A DNA stretch of 64,000 nucleotides from an uncultured Nitrospiraceae bacterium (GTDB lineage: Bacteria > Nitrospirota > Nitrospiria > Nitrospirales > Nitrospiraceae): assembly GCA_963730935.1 (NCBI GenBank), contig CAVSTP010000004.1:1-64000 (forward strand). Reading direction: 5' to 3'. The position numbers and the translations under genes were made by a program. The first letter of the stretch is position 1; each line of letters starts with the position of its first letter. The notes below the pieces were generated by a model. That model was not told the DNA's origin. It ran no database searches and saw nothing but the letters and a program-made list of their open reading frames with translations. Positions 10,333-19,504 of this stretch are shown here, piece by piece.

Positions 10333-10373
10333 TATAGGACCGAGGAACCGGCATAGCTGGTCAAAATTGCTCA
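10333..10373 (-). promoter_or_regulatory. 41-bp repeated upstream element, copy 2
   Basis: 39/41 identical to 8027..8067. Confidence 0.65.
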
Positions 10374-10492
10374 AGTGCGCTTTGCAGGTGATCGCGATCA
10401 CTTGGGGCGTGCAATGGAAATCCAACCGCAAAGTACCGGTACTTTTAAGCTAGGGAAACGTAGTGGAACAAGGGACACTCGCGGGGTTTACT

Positions 10493-10516
10493 TTATATTA
10501 GTGAGGCTAATATAAT
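10493..10516 (+). promoter_or_regulatory. Putative operator/promoter of the XRE gene
   Basis: Perfect inverted repeat TTATATTAG-N5-CTAATATAA overlapping TATAAT (10511-10516) immediately before the ATG. Confidence 0.6.
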
Positions 10517-10720
10517 ATGACCACGACGAGGCTCGGTATGCGACTCAAACAACTGCGCACCGCACGCGGCATGACGCAAGTGGCCCTGGCGAACAAGGCC
10601 CGCGTCACGCAAGGCTATATCGCCCAGCTGGAGCGCGGCATCCAGAAGGACCCGAGCCTGTCCACGCTGAAACGGTTGGCGAAGGCGTTGGACGTCAAGC
10701 CAAGCGCGTTGCTGGACTGA
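10517..10720 (+). CDS. XRE-family helix-turn-helix transcriptional regulator
   Basis: RLKQLRTARGMTQVALANKARVTQGYIAQLERG...PSLSTLKRLAKALDV. Confidence 0.92.
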   Translation: MTTTRLGMRLKQLRTARGMTQVALANKARVTQGYIAQLERGIQKDPSLSTLKRLAKALDVKPSALLD

Positions 10721-10771
10721 ACTATGAACGACCGAACGGTATACGGCTGCCACTTTATGGGGAGGCGAGAG

Positions 10772-11218
10772 ATGAAAACGTTCGCCATCGCACTGCTGGT
10801 GTCATCACTTCCCGCTCTGGCGAGTGCTGAGTCCTATCTGTGTGTGGAGGACCATGCGACGGGCTTTGAATTTAATCACAATAAAAAAGCATGGCAAGCA
10901 AAGTTTTTCACTTCAAACCAAAAATACCTTGTGAAGCCGAATGCGGACCCATCCTTGAAAGGCAAGTGGATTGTTTCGGAAATCGGGACATCTGTTCCCT
11001 TCGCATGGTCAGAGTACGACTTCACGAGCACTGGTGCTCTGAGGTGTGAAGGCTCATTGGGAGAATTTGCGATGAACAGGAAAAATCTGCGATTCGTGAG
11101 GACTTTTATTGTTGGATATTGGACCGATGCGATTCCTGGAGAGCAAGAGGGAACTTTTGCAGAGGGGAAAAACACTCCGAACATTGCCATCGGCAAGTGC
11201 TCACCTCTAGAACGGTGA
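10772..11218 (+). CDS. Secreted hypothetical protein
   Basis: GGAGG RBS; signal peptide MKTFAIALLVSSLPALASA; Cys near both ends. Confidence 0.7.
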   Translation: MKTFAIALLVSSLPALASAESYLCVEDHATGFEFNHNKKAWQAKFFTSNQKYLVKPNADPSLKGKWIVSEIGTSVPFAWSEYDFTSTGALRCEGSLGEFAMNRKNLRFVRTFIVGYWTDAIPGEQEGTFAEGKNTPNIAIGKCSPLER

Positions 11219-11225
11219 TCTGTGA

Positions 11226-11447
11226 ATGACGGCCCTAGGTTGGTCAAAGGCTCCCCCGATAGAACCAGGCGTCTATATGTTCCGCGCCGAGGGTTCGACC
11301 GTCACCGTCTTTCATGCCATCGAGCGGCTGCCAAGCGGGGACTTGTCGATCGTAGGCAAGGGTGCGCTCGAATCCCTCGACGTACAGTCGTTGAGTGGCG
11401 AATGGAAAGGGCCGCTGTCAGCATCAGAGCTGGCGAAGTGGCGATAA
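11226..11447 (+). CDS. Small hypothetical protein
   Basis: 73 aa, W..APP.EPG.Y...W.GP pattern, co-oriented in the operon. Confidence 0.5.
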   Translation: MTALGWSKAPPIEPGVYMFRAEGSTVTVFHAIERLPSGDLSIVGKGALESLDVQSLSGEWKGPLSASELAKWR

Positions 11448-11459
11448 AGAGGAGGCTGA

Positions 11460-11531
11460 ACGACGTCGCTCGACGCGCTGCGGCGGCTGGCGAAGGCGCT
11501 CAAGTGTAGCATCGCGGAGCTGATGGAGTAG
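11460..11531 (+). pseudogene. Orphan C-terminal fragment of an XRE HTH gene
   Basis: Reads TTSLDALRRLAKALKCSIAELME*, similar to PSLSTLKRLAKALDVKPSALLD*; in-frame TGA just upstream, no start codon. Confidence 0.6.
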
Positions 11532-11542
11532 AGGGGTTGTCT

Positions 11543-12205
11543 ATGTGCGACGTAGCGCAGTTTTGGATGAACTGGTGGGTCCAGGTCGCAGCTGCTCTTG
11601 GCACCATTGGGGCAGTCCTTGTCGCGTTGTTCGGTCAAGTCTGGAGGGCAAAATCGTTCCCTCCCCAGCTCGTTCTGACTCTCCCGCGACCGCACGGAGA
11701 TCCAGAGCGAGCGCGCTTAACATCAGATGACTTTCCTGATGGGCGCCAAGGAGAGGCTCGCTTCTACCGCCTACGCGTTTCCAACCGGAGACGTTGGTCT
11801 CCAGCCAATCAGGTACAAGTCGTGCTGCTGGGCGTTGAAGCGCCAACAACAGACGGTCAATTCAGGCCCACGTGGCTCGGCGACGTTCCGCTGACCTGGA
11901 CCCATCAGCAAGTCTTTCCTGCGCTGCGGACCATTGGTTCAGACGCCCATGTGGATCTCTGCAGCGTGGTTAAGGACAAGTGGCTGCAACTCCATCCTCT
12001 CATCGTCCCGTTCGGCCTGGAAGTGCTGTCCCGCCACCGTACCACGTGGCGCCTGTGGGTTCAGGCAAAGAGCAACGAATGTGAGTCGCATGTGCTTCGT
12101 GTGACAATTTACTGGGATGGAGAGTGGCACAACGACGCCCGGGAGATGGGACGCCACTTAAAAATCACGGCGGAGAAGAGTCCTGATGGAGTCGAGACGA
12201 AGTGA
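11543..12205 (+). CDS. Hypothetical protein with N-terminal membrane anchor
   Basis: WWVQVAAALGTIGAVLVALFG TM segment, then a beta-rich domain. Confidence 0.7.
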   Translation: MCDVAQFWMNWWVQVAAALGTIGAVLVALFGQVWRAKSFPPQLVLTLPRPHGDPERARLTSDDFPDGRQGEARFYRLRVSNRRRWSPANQVQVVLLGVEAPTTDGQFRPTWLGDVPLTWTHQQVFPALRTIGSDAHVDLCSVVKDKWLQLHPLIVPFGLEVLSRHRTTWRLWVQAKSNECESHVLRVTIYWDGEWHNDAREMGRHLKITAEKSPDGVETK

Positions 12206-12260
12206 TGGGCTACGTGAAGCGTCTGCTTGAGGAGGCGACGCGCGAACAAGGAGAACTGCG

Positions 12261-12772
12261 ATGACCATGCGGTACGTCGTGATTGTGGTTCTGATGGCCC
12301 TGACTTGCCTTGACGTGCGTACAGCGCAAGGCGGCGAGTCCGCTGACCGCCAACGCGAATCGCTACACGGACTTCCTGGTGTAGAGGTGGTGATAAAACA
12401 CTTTGGCCCAGAGCTAGAGGCTGCTGGATTCTCAAAAGAGCAACTTCTCACAGCCGTTGAACTCACTCTTCGTTCCAGTGGGATACGAGTTCTCAGCAAG
12501 TCAGAACGATTTGAGGCTGCGTCTGCACCCTTTCTCTATGTGCACCTCAATCCAATAGAGGACTCGGATGGTAACTATTGTGTGAGCATGATCGTTCTCC
12601 TCTACCAACGAGTGTCACTGGTGCACGGATCCCAAACCTTTTCGCGGCTACGTGGCAGAGATTGCAAGTTGCCACAGTGGGCCGCGCAAGGATTAGCGAA
12701 GTCGTATCGTTCGTTGTAGAGCCAACAATCAAATCATTTGCCAATGACTTTCTTGCCGTCAATCCTCGATAG
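12261..12772 (+). CDS. Secreted hypothetical protein with a frameshift in a T-run near 12640
   Basis: Signal peptide and body in 12261..12719 continue as FAATWQ...FANDFLAVNPR in the 12578..12772 frame. Confidence 0.6.
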
Positions 12773-12806
12773 CCTGGAGAAGGAATCACGAAGGGGGGCC
12801 AACAAG

Positions 12807-14528
12807 ATGAGAGTCGCATTCTACGGGCGCTTCAGCAGCGACAAGCAGAAGGACAGCAGCATCGACCAACAGTATCGGAACTGCGAGCGGTTCGCCGAGC
12901 GGGAAGGCTGGACCATCGCCCAGCGGTATGAGGACCGCGCCATTTCCGGCAGCAAGGGCGAAGACGGCCGCCCCGGCTACAAGCAGATGCTGACTGAGGC
13001 GAAGGCCAAGTTGTTCGACGTGCTGTTGGTGGATGATTTCTCGCGGCTCTCCAGAGACAAGCGGGAGTCCGAGCAGACGCGGCGTCGCTTCATCCACTGG
13101 GGGGTGCGGCTGATCGGCGTGAGCGACGGGATCGACACGAGCCGGAAGGGCCATAAGATTCAGGCCATGGCGAAGGACATGACCAATGAGATTTTCGTCG
13201 ATGACCTGAAAGAGAAGATCAAGCGTGGCATGGTCTACCAGGCCGAGAAGTGTCGGTGGAACGGGGGCCGCGTCTACGGCTACAAACTCGCGCCGGTGCT
13301 GGATCAGAGCAAGCAGGACTGCTACGGTAATCCAGCGAAGATCGGCACGTGCCTAGAAATCGAGCCGGAGCAGGCGAAGTGGGTCCAGTGGATCTTCGAG
13401 CAGTACGCGAACGGCCGCTCCCCATGGAACATCGTGACCGAGTTGAACACGCGCGGCGTGCCGCCTCCTGGCGCGGCCTACAAGCGCGACTATCACCGCC
13501 CCCCCACGTGGAGCGCCGCGGCCCTGCATGGCGAACTGACACGCGGCACGGGGCTCTTGAACAATCAGCTCTACCGCGGCCTCTATCGGTGGAACCGCTC
13601 CTACCGGATGACAGACCCGGATGACGGCACGAAAACCAATTGCTGGCGCGACACGAGCGAGTGGATCACAAAGGAGATGCCGGAGCTGCGGATCGTCAGC
13701 GACGAGTTGTGGGAGCGGGCGCACCAGAAGCGCGTGGCGGTGAGCCAGAGCGCCCAGGCGTTGCACACGGCCAAAGGCTGTCGTGGGGCGGGCACCGGAC
13801 GCCGCCCGAAGCACCTCTTCTCCAGCTTGTTGGTCTGCGGCCAGTGCGGCAGCAACATGGTCATCCACGGCGCGACCGGCTATGCCTGCTCGCTGTGGCG
13901 CACGGGCGGCCCAGCGAAACACACCTGCACCAACAGCCTCGCGGTCCAACGCACGGTGGTGGAATCGCGGCTGCTCAAGGCGATCCAGCAGGACCTCTTC
14001 ACCGAGGAAGGCCTGGAGGTCTTCAAGCAGGAGTTCGAGCGCTGTCTCATCGAGCACCGCAAGGCCAAGACCTCGGACCAGACCCAGCGCGAGGCACGGC
14101 TGGCGGCGATCGAGCGGGAGATCGCCAACATCATGGTGGCGATCAAAGCCGGCATCCTCACGCCGACGACGAAAGAGATGTTGATGCAGGCCGAGGCCGA
14201 GCGCGACACCCTGCGGCGGGCGTTGCAGGTGCCGACGACCAAGCTGGAGCAGCTCACGACGGTCCTGCCCAACGTGGTAGACCGGTTCCACCGGATGCTG
14301 AACGACCTGGCGAGGGCCACCCGCTACGAGATCGATAAGGCGCGGGGCATCCTCTCTGGATTGGTCGGGGAGAAAAAGATCGTCTTACGCCCGACGAAGG
14401 ATCAACGGGGCACCTACTACATGGCCGAGCTGGCCGGTGACTACGCCGGACTCATCCCCCTTGTGTTTCAAGGGTATATAAAGGTGGTGGCGGTGACCCG
14501 GATCGAACGGGTGACCCGCGGCTTATGA
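12807..14528 (+). CDS. Large serine recombinase/integrase (resolvase + recombinase + Zn-ribbon/coiled coil)
   Basis: YGRFSSDKQ..SIDQQ catalytic Ser motif, SRLSR, GRVYGY, LLVCGQCG..YAC..C; abuts and overlaps the tRNA. Confidence 0.93.
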   Translation: MRVAFYGRFSSDKQKDSSIDQQYRNCERFAEREGWTIAQRYEDRAISGSKGEDGRPGYKQMLTEAKAKLFDVLLVDDFSRLSRDKRESEQTRRRFIHWGVRLIGVSDGIDTSRKGHKIQAMAKDMTNEIFVDDLKEKIKRGMVYQAEKCRWNGGRVYGYKLAPVLDQSKQDCYGNPAKIGTCLEIEPEQAKWVQWIFEQYANGRSPWNIVTELNTRGVPPPGAAYKRDYHRPPTWSAAALHGELTRGTGLLNNQLYRGLYRWNRSYRMTDPDDGTKTNCWRDTSEWITKEMPELRIVSDELWERAHQKRVAVSQSAQALHTAKGCRGAGTGRRPKHLFSSLLVCGQCGSNMVIHGATGYACSLWRTGGPAKHTCTNSLAVQRTVVESRLLKAIQQDLFTEEGLEVFKQEFERCLIEHRKAKTSDQTQREARLAAIEREIANIMVAIKAGILTPTTKEMLMQAEAERDTLRRALQVPTTKLEQLTTVLPNVVDRFHRMLNDLARATRYEIDKARGILSGLVGEKKIVLRPTKDQRGTYYMAELAGDYAGLIPLVFQGYIKVVAVTRIERVTRGL

Positions 14529-14560
14529 GTCCGCTGCTCTGCCAACTGAGCTACACCGCC
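14485..14560 (-). tRNA. tRNA-Met (CAT), elongator type (Ile2 not fully excluded)
   Basis: Reverse complement GGCGGTGTAGCTCAGTTGGCAGAGCAGCGGACTCATAAGCCGCGGGTCACCCGTTCGATCCGGGTCACCGCCACCA: 76 nt cloverleaf, G1-C72 paired, encoded CCA. Confidence 0.95.
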
Positions 14561-14639
14561 ACGCGAGAGAGGTTGCTGCGAGGAGCACAATTTTACCCGA
14601 GGATGGATCTCAGTGTCTACGGAGAGGCGTGGCTGAGTT

Positions 14640-16124
14640 TCAATGCTCGGGGCTTTGATCATGAGACGACGATGGCGGCGCGGGTTTCGGTTGCCGTCCG
14701 GGAATCTGCTTTTGTCGAAGGAGCTTCGTAAAGTACGTCCGCTGGAGCCCCAACGCTTCGGCAGCCCTGGTTTGGTTCCAGTCATTTTTTTTCAGCGCGT
14801 CTTCGAGCACCCAACGGCTATAGGCCTCCATCATCGCGTGATAACCGGTTGCTTCGCCGGGCCGGTGCTGAATCGCTTCTGCCTGACCATGAGCAGTGCC
14901 ACCAACACCAGACGCAGGACCGGCGCCGGCTGCATCCGAGAGACACAAATGTTCGGGTTCGATCGTTTTCCCCGGGGTCAGGATGTAGGCGCGCGTCAGC
15001 ACATTCTCCAGTTCGCGTATATTACCGGGCCATCGGTACTGCGAAAGCGTGCGCCGTGCGGCGTCGCTCAGGGTGCACTGTTTGCTGAGACCGAACTTTC
15101 CCGCTCGACCGAGGACATAATCGGCAAGGGCCGGGATATCGTCAATGCGGTCGCGCAGCGGCGGCAGGGTCACGGAGATGACTGCCAGGCGATAGAACAG
15201 ATCTTCTCGGAATGCGCCTTGGCGAATGGCCTGCTTCAGATCCTTGTTTGTGGCGGCGAGGAACCGGACGTCCGTGTGGACCGAGTGGGTGCCGCCGACT
15301 CGATAAAACGTTTGGTCCTGCAGGACCCGCAGCAAGTGACTCTGCAGCGATAACGACATGTCGCCGATCTCATCAAGAAACACCGTCCCCCCTTCAGCGA
15401 TCTCAATCTTTCCCGCTTCCCGTTTCACGGCCCCGGTAAAGGCCCCCTTTTCATGGCCGAACAGTTCGTTCTCGAGGAGGTCTTTCGGAATCGCCGCGCA
15501 ATTGACTGCCACAAACGGTTTGTCCCTCCGCGGACTCCATCCGTGGATGGCGCGTGCGACGACCTCTTTGCCCGTGCCGGTCTCTCCCAAGATCAGCACG
15601 GTGACGTTCGATGCGGCGGCCTGCTTGGCCAAGGCCAGCTCAGCCGTGAATTTCACATTGTTGCCCACCATGCCGCCATAACGGTCATCCAATTCCTTCT
15701 TGAGGACGCCGACTTGCCGGCGAAGTGCGATTGCCTCCAGCGCCTTGTTGATGACGACGGAGATGTGGTCGCCGGTGAACGGTTTGGTAATGAAATCGAT
15801 GGCACCCAGCTGCATGGCCTTGACGGCGAGTTCGATCGTACCGAAAGCCGTCAGCATCACGATCGGCGGCATCAAAGCCCCGACAGCCTCTGGAGCCGCA
15901 TGTTTACCAATCGAATCATGGAGCTGCTGAAGGATATCAAGGCCCGAAAACACCGGAAGCTGAATGTCCAGGAGCACGAGGTCGGGCTGTTCGGTTTGAA
16001 TGATACGCAGGGCCTCCTTGCCGTCGCTGGCCGTCACTGGCTCGTGCCCCATCCACGTCACGCGGTTTTCGAGCGCCAGGACGATATCCGGATCGTCGTC
16101 GACAATGAGTATACGTGCACGCAT
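14640..16124 (-). CDS. Sigma54-dependent response regulator (NtrC family: REC-AAA+-Fis HTH)
   Basis: REC LLDIQLP, GETGTGKE, ELFGHEKGAFTGA, FLDEIG, WPGNIRELEN, NQTRAAEALGL. Confidence 0.95.
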   Translation of the reverse strand: MRARILIVDDDPDIVLALENRVTWMGHEPVTASDGKEALRIIQTEQPDLVLLDIQLPVFSGLDILQQLHDSIGKHAAPEAVGALMPPIVMLTAFGTIELAVKAMQLGAIDFITKPFTGDHISVVINKALEAIALRRQVGVLKKELDDRYGGMVGNNVKFTAELALAKQAAASNVTVLILGETGTGKEVVARAIHGWSPRRDKPFVAVNCAAIPKDLLENELFGHEKGAFTGAVKREAGKIEIAEGGTVFLDEIGDMSLSLQSHLLRVLQDQTFYRVGGTHSVHTDVRFLAATNKDLKQAIRQGAFREDLFYRLAVISVTLPPLRDRIDDIPALADYVLGRAGKFGLSKQCTLSDAARRTLSQYRWPGNIRELENVLTRAYILTPGKTIEPEHLCLSDAAGAGPASGVGGTAHGQAEAIQHRPGEATGYHAMMEAYSRWVLEDALKKNDWNQTRAAEALGLQRTYFTKLLRQKQIPGRQPKPAPPSSSHDQSPEH

Positions 16125-16135
16125 GGGAGAGCCTC

Positions 16136-18487
16136 CTAATCGGCGCCTCTCGTCGAGCCGGGAGAGACGATTTGAGGCGACGTCTGCCCTGGCACGCTGT
16201 CAGGTGCCGTGCAGGGCAAGGTGAAATAGAAGCGCGAACCCGACCCCAGCGCACTTTCGACCCAGATGTGGCCCTTATGCATCATGATAAAGCTCTTCGT
16301 GATGAAGAGACCCAGTTGTGCTCCCTGCGACGTGGGCATCGTGGAAGGGACTTTCGAGAATTCGTCGAATACTCGGTGAAGTTGATCGGGGGGGATCCCG
16401 CAGCCCGTGTCCCTCACACAGGTTTGCACCATGCCATCGGGCAGCGGCTCGAACCCGACGGTAATCTGTCCGCCGGATGGCGTGAACTTCACGGCATTGC
16501 CGATGAGATTCCAAAGGATCTGCTCCAACTTGTCGCGGTCCGCCTGAATCATCGGCAGTTGCTCGGGCGACTCAATGCGAATTTCCACGTTCTTCTCCGA
16601 CGCCACGGTGCGCAGACTTTCGACGACCCGCGTGGCGATTAGATCGAGGCAGAGAGGTTCCAGTCGAATAATTTCCTTCTTGAGGTCCAGTCGCGACCAA
16701 TCCAACAGTTGGTTGATGATTCTTGTCAGCCGATTCAAGTTGTACCCGATGCGGTCGAGGTACGTCTTCTGACGATCGGAAAGGACGCCGGCAACGCCGT
16801 CAGCCATGTTGTCCGCGAAACTGCGGATGGCGGTCATGGGGGTACGCAGTTCATGCGAGGCGACCGAGACGAACATCGTGCGCCGGCGGTCGTGTTCCTG
16901 AAGCTGCTGGTTGGCCATGGACAATTCCAGTGTTCGCTCTTGGATGCGCTGCTCCAGATGCTGTGTGAGCTGCGCCAAATTGGCATAGGTGCGGGCGTTG
17001 TCGATCGCCGTAGCCACATGGCTCGCGATGGTCATCAAGATGTGGAGGTCCTCTTCCGAGCACGGCAGCAGACCTCGGTCTCCAGCAATAAAGCCAAGCG
17101 TCAGGTTATGGCTTTGCAACGGCACACAGACGAAGGAATGGACGTCCACGCGGCGCACCAATTCGAGAGTCGCCGGATTCATCCGATGGGCAACGACATG
17201 AACATCCCGCACCAGAATTGGCTTGGCATGAATAAAGAGGTCGGCCAGAATCGTGTCGTCATCCTTAATCGGGATGCTCAGAAAGCGGGCGGCCTCGGCG
17301 ATCTCATCCGAGACCCCTGCCACCTGTGCGATGTAGCCGACGTCCCGATCCTCATCACGGAGCATGAGGGCCATCCGTGAGAATCCCAAGTTGGATCTCA
17401 GCAATTGCAGGACGGTATCCATCAGTTCATGAAGATCCAGGGTGCTCGTAATGGCTGCACTGGTTTGATGGACGGCTGTCAATTGGGTGATCTGCTTGCG
17501 GATCGTCTCCAGGTTGATCGTGATGGCCGCGCTGCGCTCCTGTAGCGCGGCCGTCATCGCGTTAAAGGTTTGCGTCAATTGGCCGACTTCATCGGTCGTC
17601 GTTGCAGGAATGGGCGCCGGAGATTCGCCTTCAGTGAGTTGCTGGGCGACCGCGGCCAGCCTTCGCAACGGCGTGGTAATCCGCAACGTCAGGAAATGCG
17701 CGCCAAGGATACCGGCGCTGATCAGCAAGGTCGTCAGGATCAGGACGTTGCGGATCATCTCGAAGAGCTCGCGTTTGACGCTGGCATCTGTGATGCCGAT
17801 TTGCACGACGCCCTGCACCTGGTGGGGCGCCGCGCTCTTTTTGGATTGGATCCGTTCTTCCATTTCAAGCAACAGCGGCGAAAGTGACGGATCGCTTGCC
17901 GGCTTGCGAAGGACCGGCATGGCAAAATCGTACAGCTTTTGGGTAAGCGACGAGAGGATCCAGATCGGATTTGAGGTGCCTCCATCCGGAACCAGAATTT
18001 TGTCTTGCGACAGTGCAATGGGTGTGATGCGCGGCGCGGACGTCGGCTCGCGGTACAATTCTTCAGCGATCACCTCATCGGGATAATACCGGCGCTCCTG
18101 CGCGAATGTAATGCTTCCCGACGACTCATGGACGATTTTGTTCTGCTGTGCGAGGATGATGTGGTCCGCGCCGCGGATCACCACATACACCACGTCATCG
18201 ACGGCCATCAGGCTTTCCACGAATTGCTGCAGCGTCGCCCGGTCTTCCGCGATCAACCCTCCGTAGCGGAATTGGCCGTTATTCACCACGCTGGTGAGGA
18301 GAATCGTGCCCAATTGATTGAGGTTCTCGGTCATCGAAACGCGTCGTACCTCGATGAAGTACCAACTGAGCGCTGAGGAGGTCAGAATCAGGATCATGCT
18401 GAAGAAGACGACGAACTTCGTGCGAATACTCGCAAGCTTCCCCAGGCCGGACAGTCGCGGAGTCGATTGTAGTTTGGTCATGGGCAT
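16136..18487 (-). CDS. Membrane sensor histidine kinase (periplasmic domain-HAMP-GAF-HisKA-HATPase)
   Basis: Two TM helices, DEVGQLTQTFNAM, GAF region, SHELRTPMT, NLIGNAVKFT, DTGCGI. Confidence 0.93.
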   Translation of the reverse strand: MPMTKLQSTPRLSGLGKLASIRTKFVVFFSMILILTSSALSWYFIEVRRVSMTENLNQLGTILLTSVVNNGQFRYGGLIAEDRATLQQFVESLMAVDDVVYVVIRGADHIILAQQNKIVHESSGSITFAQERRYYPDEVIAEELYREPTSAPRITPIALSQDKILVPDGGTSNPIWILSSLTQKLYDFAMPVLRKPASDPSLSPLLLEMEERIQSKKSAAPHQVQGVVQIGITDASVKRELFEMIRNVLILTTLLISAGILGAHFLTLRITTPLRRLAAVAQQLTEGESPAPIPATTTDEVGQLTQTFNAMTAALQERSAAITINLETIRKQITQLTAVHQTSAAITSTLDLHELMDTVLQLLRSNLGFSRMALMLRDEDRDVGYIAQVAGVSDEIAEAARFLSIPIKDDDTILADLFIHAKPILVRDVHVVAHRMNPATLELVRRVDVHSFVCVPLQSHNLTLGFIAGDRGLLPCSEEDLHILMTIASHVATAIDNARTYANLAQLTQHLEQRIQERTLELSMANQQLQEHDRRRTMFVSVASHELRTPMTAIRSFADNMADGVAGVLSDRQKTYLDRIGYNLNRLTRIINQLLDWSRLDLKKEIIRLEPLCLDLIATRVVESLRTVASEKNVEIRIESPEQLPMIQADRDKLEQILWNLIGNAVKFTPSGGQITVGFEPLPDGMVQTCVRDTGCGIPPDQLHRVFDEFSKVPSTMPTSQGAQLGLFITKSFIMMHKGHIWVESALGSGSRFYFTLPCTAPDSVPGQTSPQIVSPGSTRGAD

Positions 18488-19452
18488 TAATAGGTCTCGT
18501 CGATCATGTGATTGACGTCTTTGGGAAACTCGATGCCCAGAAACCGTGCCGTCTTCAGATTCACGGTGATCTTCAGCCGTTCAATGGGAATGGGCTTGAC
18601 CGGAAGCTTCCGGTCGCCGTCTAGGATACGCTTCGCCAATAGTCCTGTCTCGCGTCCCACTTCCCCATAGGACACGGAAAGACTTAACAGCGCGCCCAGC
18701 CTGGTGAATTCCGGTGAAAATCCAATGACGGGGACCCGTTTCGCCAAGGCGGTTTCGAGGATAAAGCCGATGGACTCATTGGTCAGGACGGTGGAATCCG
18801 GGATAAGCAACAAGGCGTCCGTGGAGCCCAACAGCGAACGCAGCTGTTGCGGCACGTCTTTCTCGCTCCCCACGGAATAGGCTTGCAGCTGGAACGATTG
18901 AGCGGCGGCCTGTGCGATCGTATCTTTGAGTTTGGCCTGGTTGCCGGAGTTGGACATCAGGCCCAAGCGGTGGAGATCGGGTAGAAACGCGCGCAAGATC
19001 TTGAACTGGCGCTCCGCCGGGATTTCCAGCAGTGTCCCGGTCATATTCGGAGCGGTCAGGTTATGCTTGGACGGGTCCAAGATCATCATATACACAATGG
19101 GGATGTCGACGATCTCCAGCTTCGCTGCCAGGGCCGCTTTTAGGCCTACGGCGACCACAAGCGACGCTTCAGAGGCCCGAATTTTCCTCGCAAGTTTCCG
19201 GCCCTGTTCGAGGTCGCCTTGCAGATCGTATTCGGAATAAATCACTCCTGATGGCGCCGTCGATTTAAAGCCGGTGATCGCTTGATCGTACGCGCCGATA
19301 CTGGAGGATTTGAGGACGGCGATTTCCGTTGCCAGGCATTGCGTGACGGCCGAGCTGTAGTAGACCAGCACGCAGGTCATCGCGAGCATGATCCGGCCGA
19401 CGGCTCGACAGGAGTCGTGGGTGAGGCGCGCGATGAACGTAGCGACAATCAT
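18487..19452 (-). CDS. ABC-type periplasmic substrate-binding protein (no permease or ATPase nearby)
   Basis: DALLLIPDSTV, GALLSLSVSY..VGRETG.LA.RIL.G, ITVNLKTA..LGI; stop overlaps the kinase start (TAATG). Start uncertain. Confidence 0.85.
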   Translation of the reverse strand: MIVATFIARLTHDSCRAVGRIMLAMTCVLVYYSSAVTQCLATEIAVLKSSSIGAYDQAITGFKSTAPSGVIYSEYDLQGDLEQGRKLARKIRASEASLVVAVGLKAALAAKLEIVDIPIVYMMILDPSKHNLTAPNMTGTLLEIPAERQFKILRAFLPDLHRLGLMSNSGNQAKLKDTIAQAAAQSFQLQAYSVGSEKDVPQQLRSLLGSTDALLLIPDSTVLTNESIGFILETALAKRVPVIGFSPEFTRLGALLSLSVSYGEVGRETGLLAKRILDGDRKLPVKPIPIERLKITVNLKTARFLGIEFPKDVNHMIDETY

Positions 19453-19504
19453 AGGCAGTGGCCGGCCCCTTTCTGTCTCGTCAACGTGCGCACGTGGTGT
19501 CCTC

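Noticed and set aside
700..12800. Integron cassette array or prophage
   Set aside because: No IntI, no recurring attC structure and mixed gene orientation; no phage structural or replication genes.
13353..14338. Long alternative-frame ORFs (312 aa minus, 232 aa plus) inside the integrase
   Set aside because: Shadow ORFs expected from high GC3 codon usage; no motifs.
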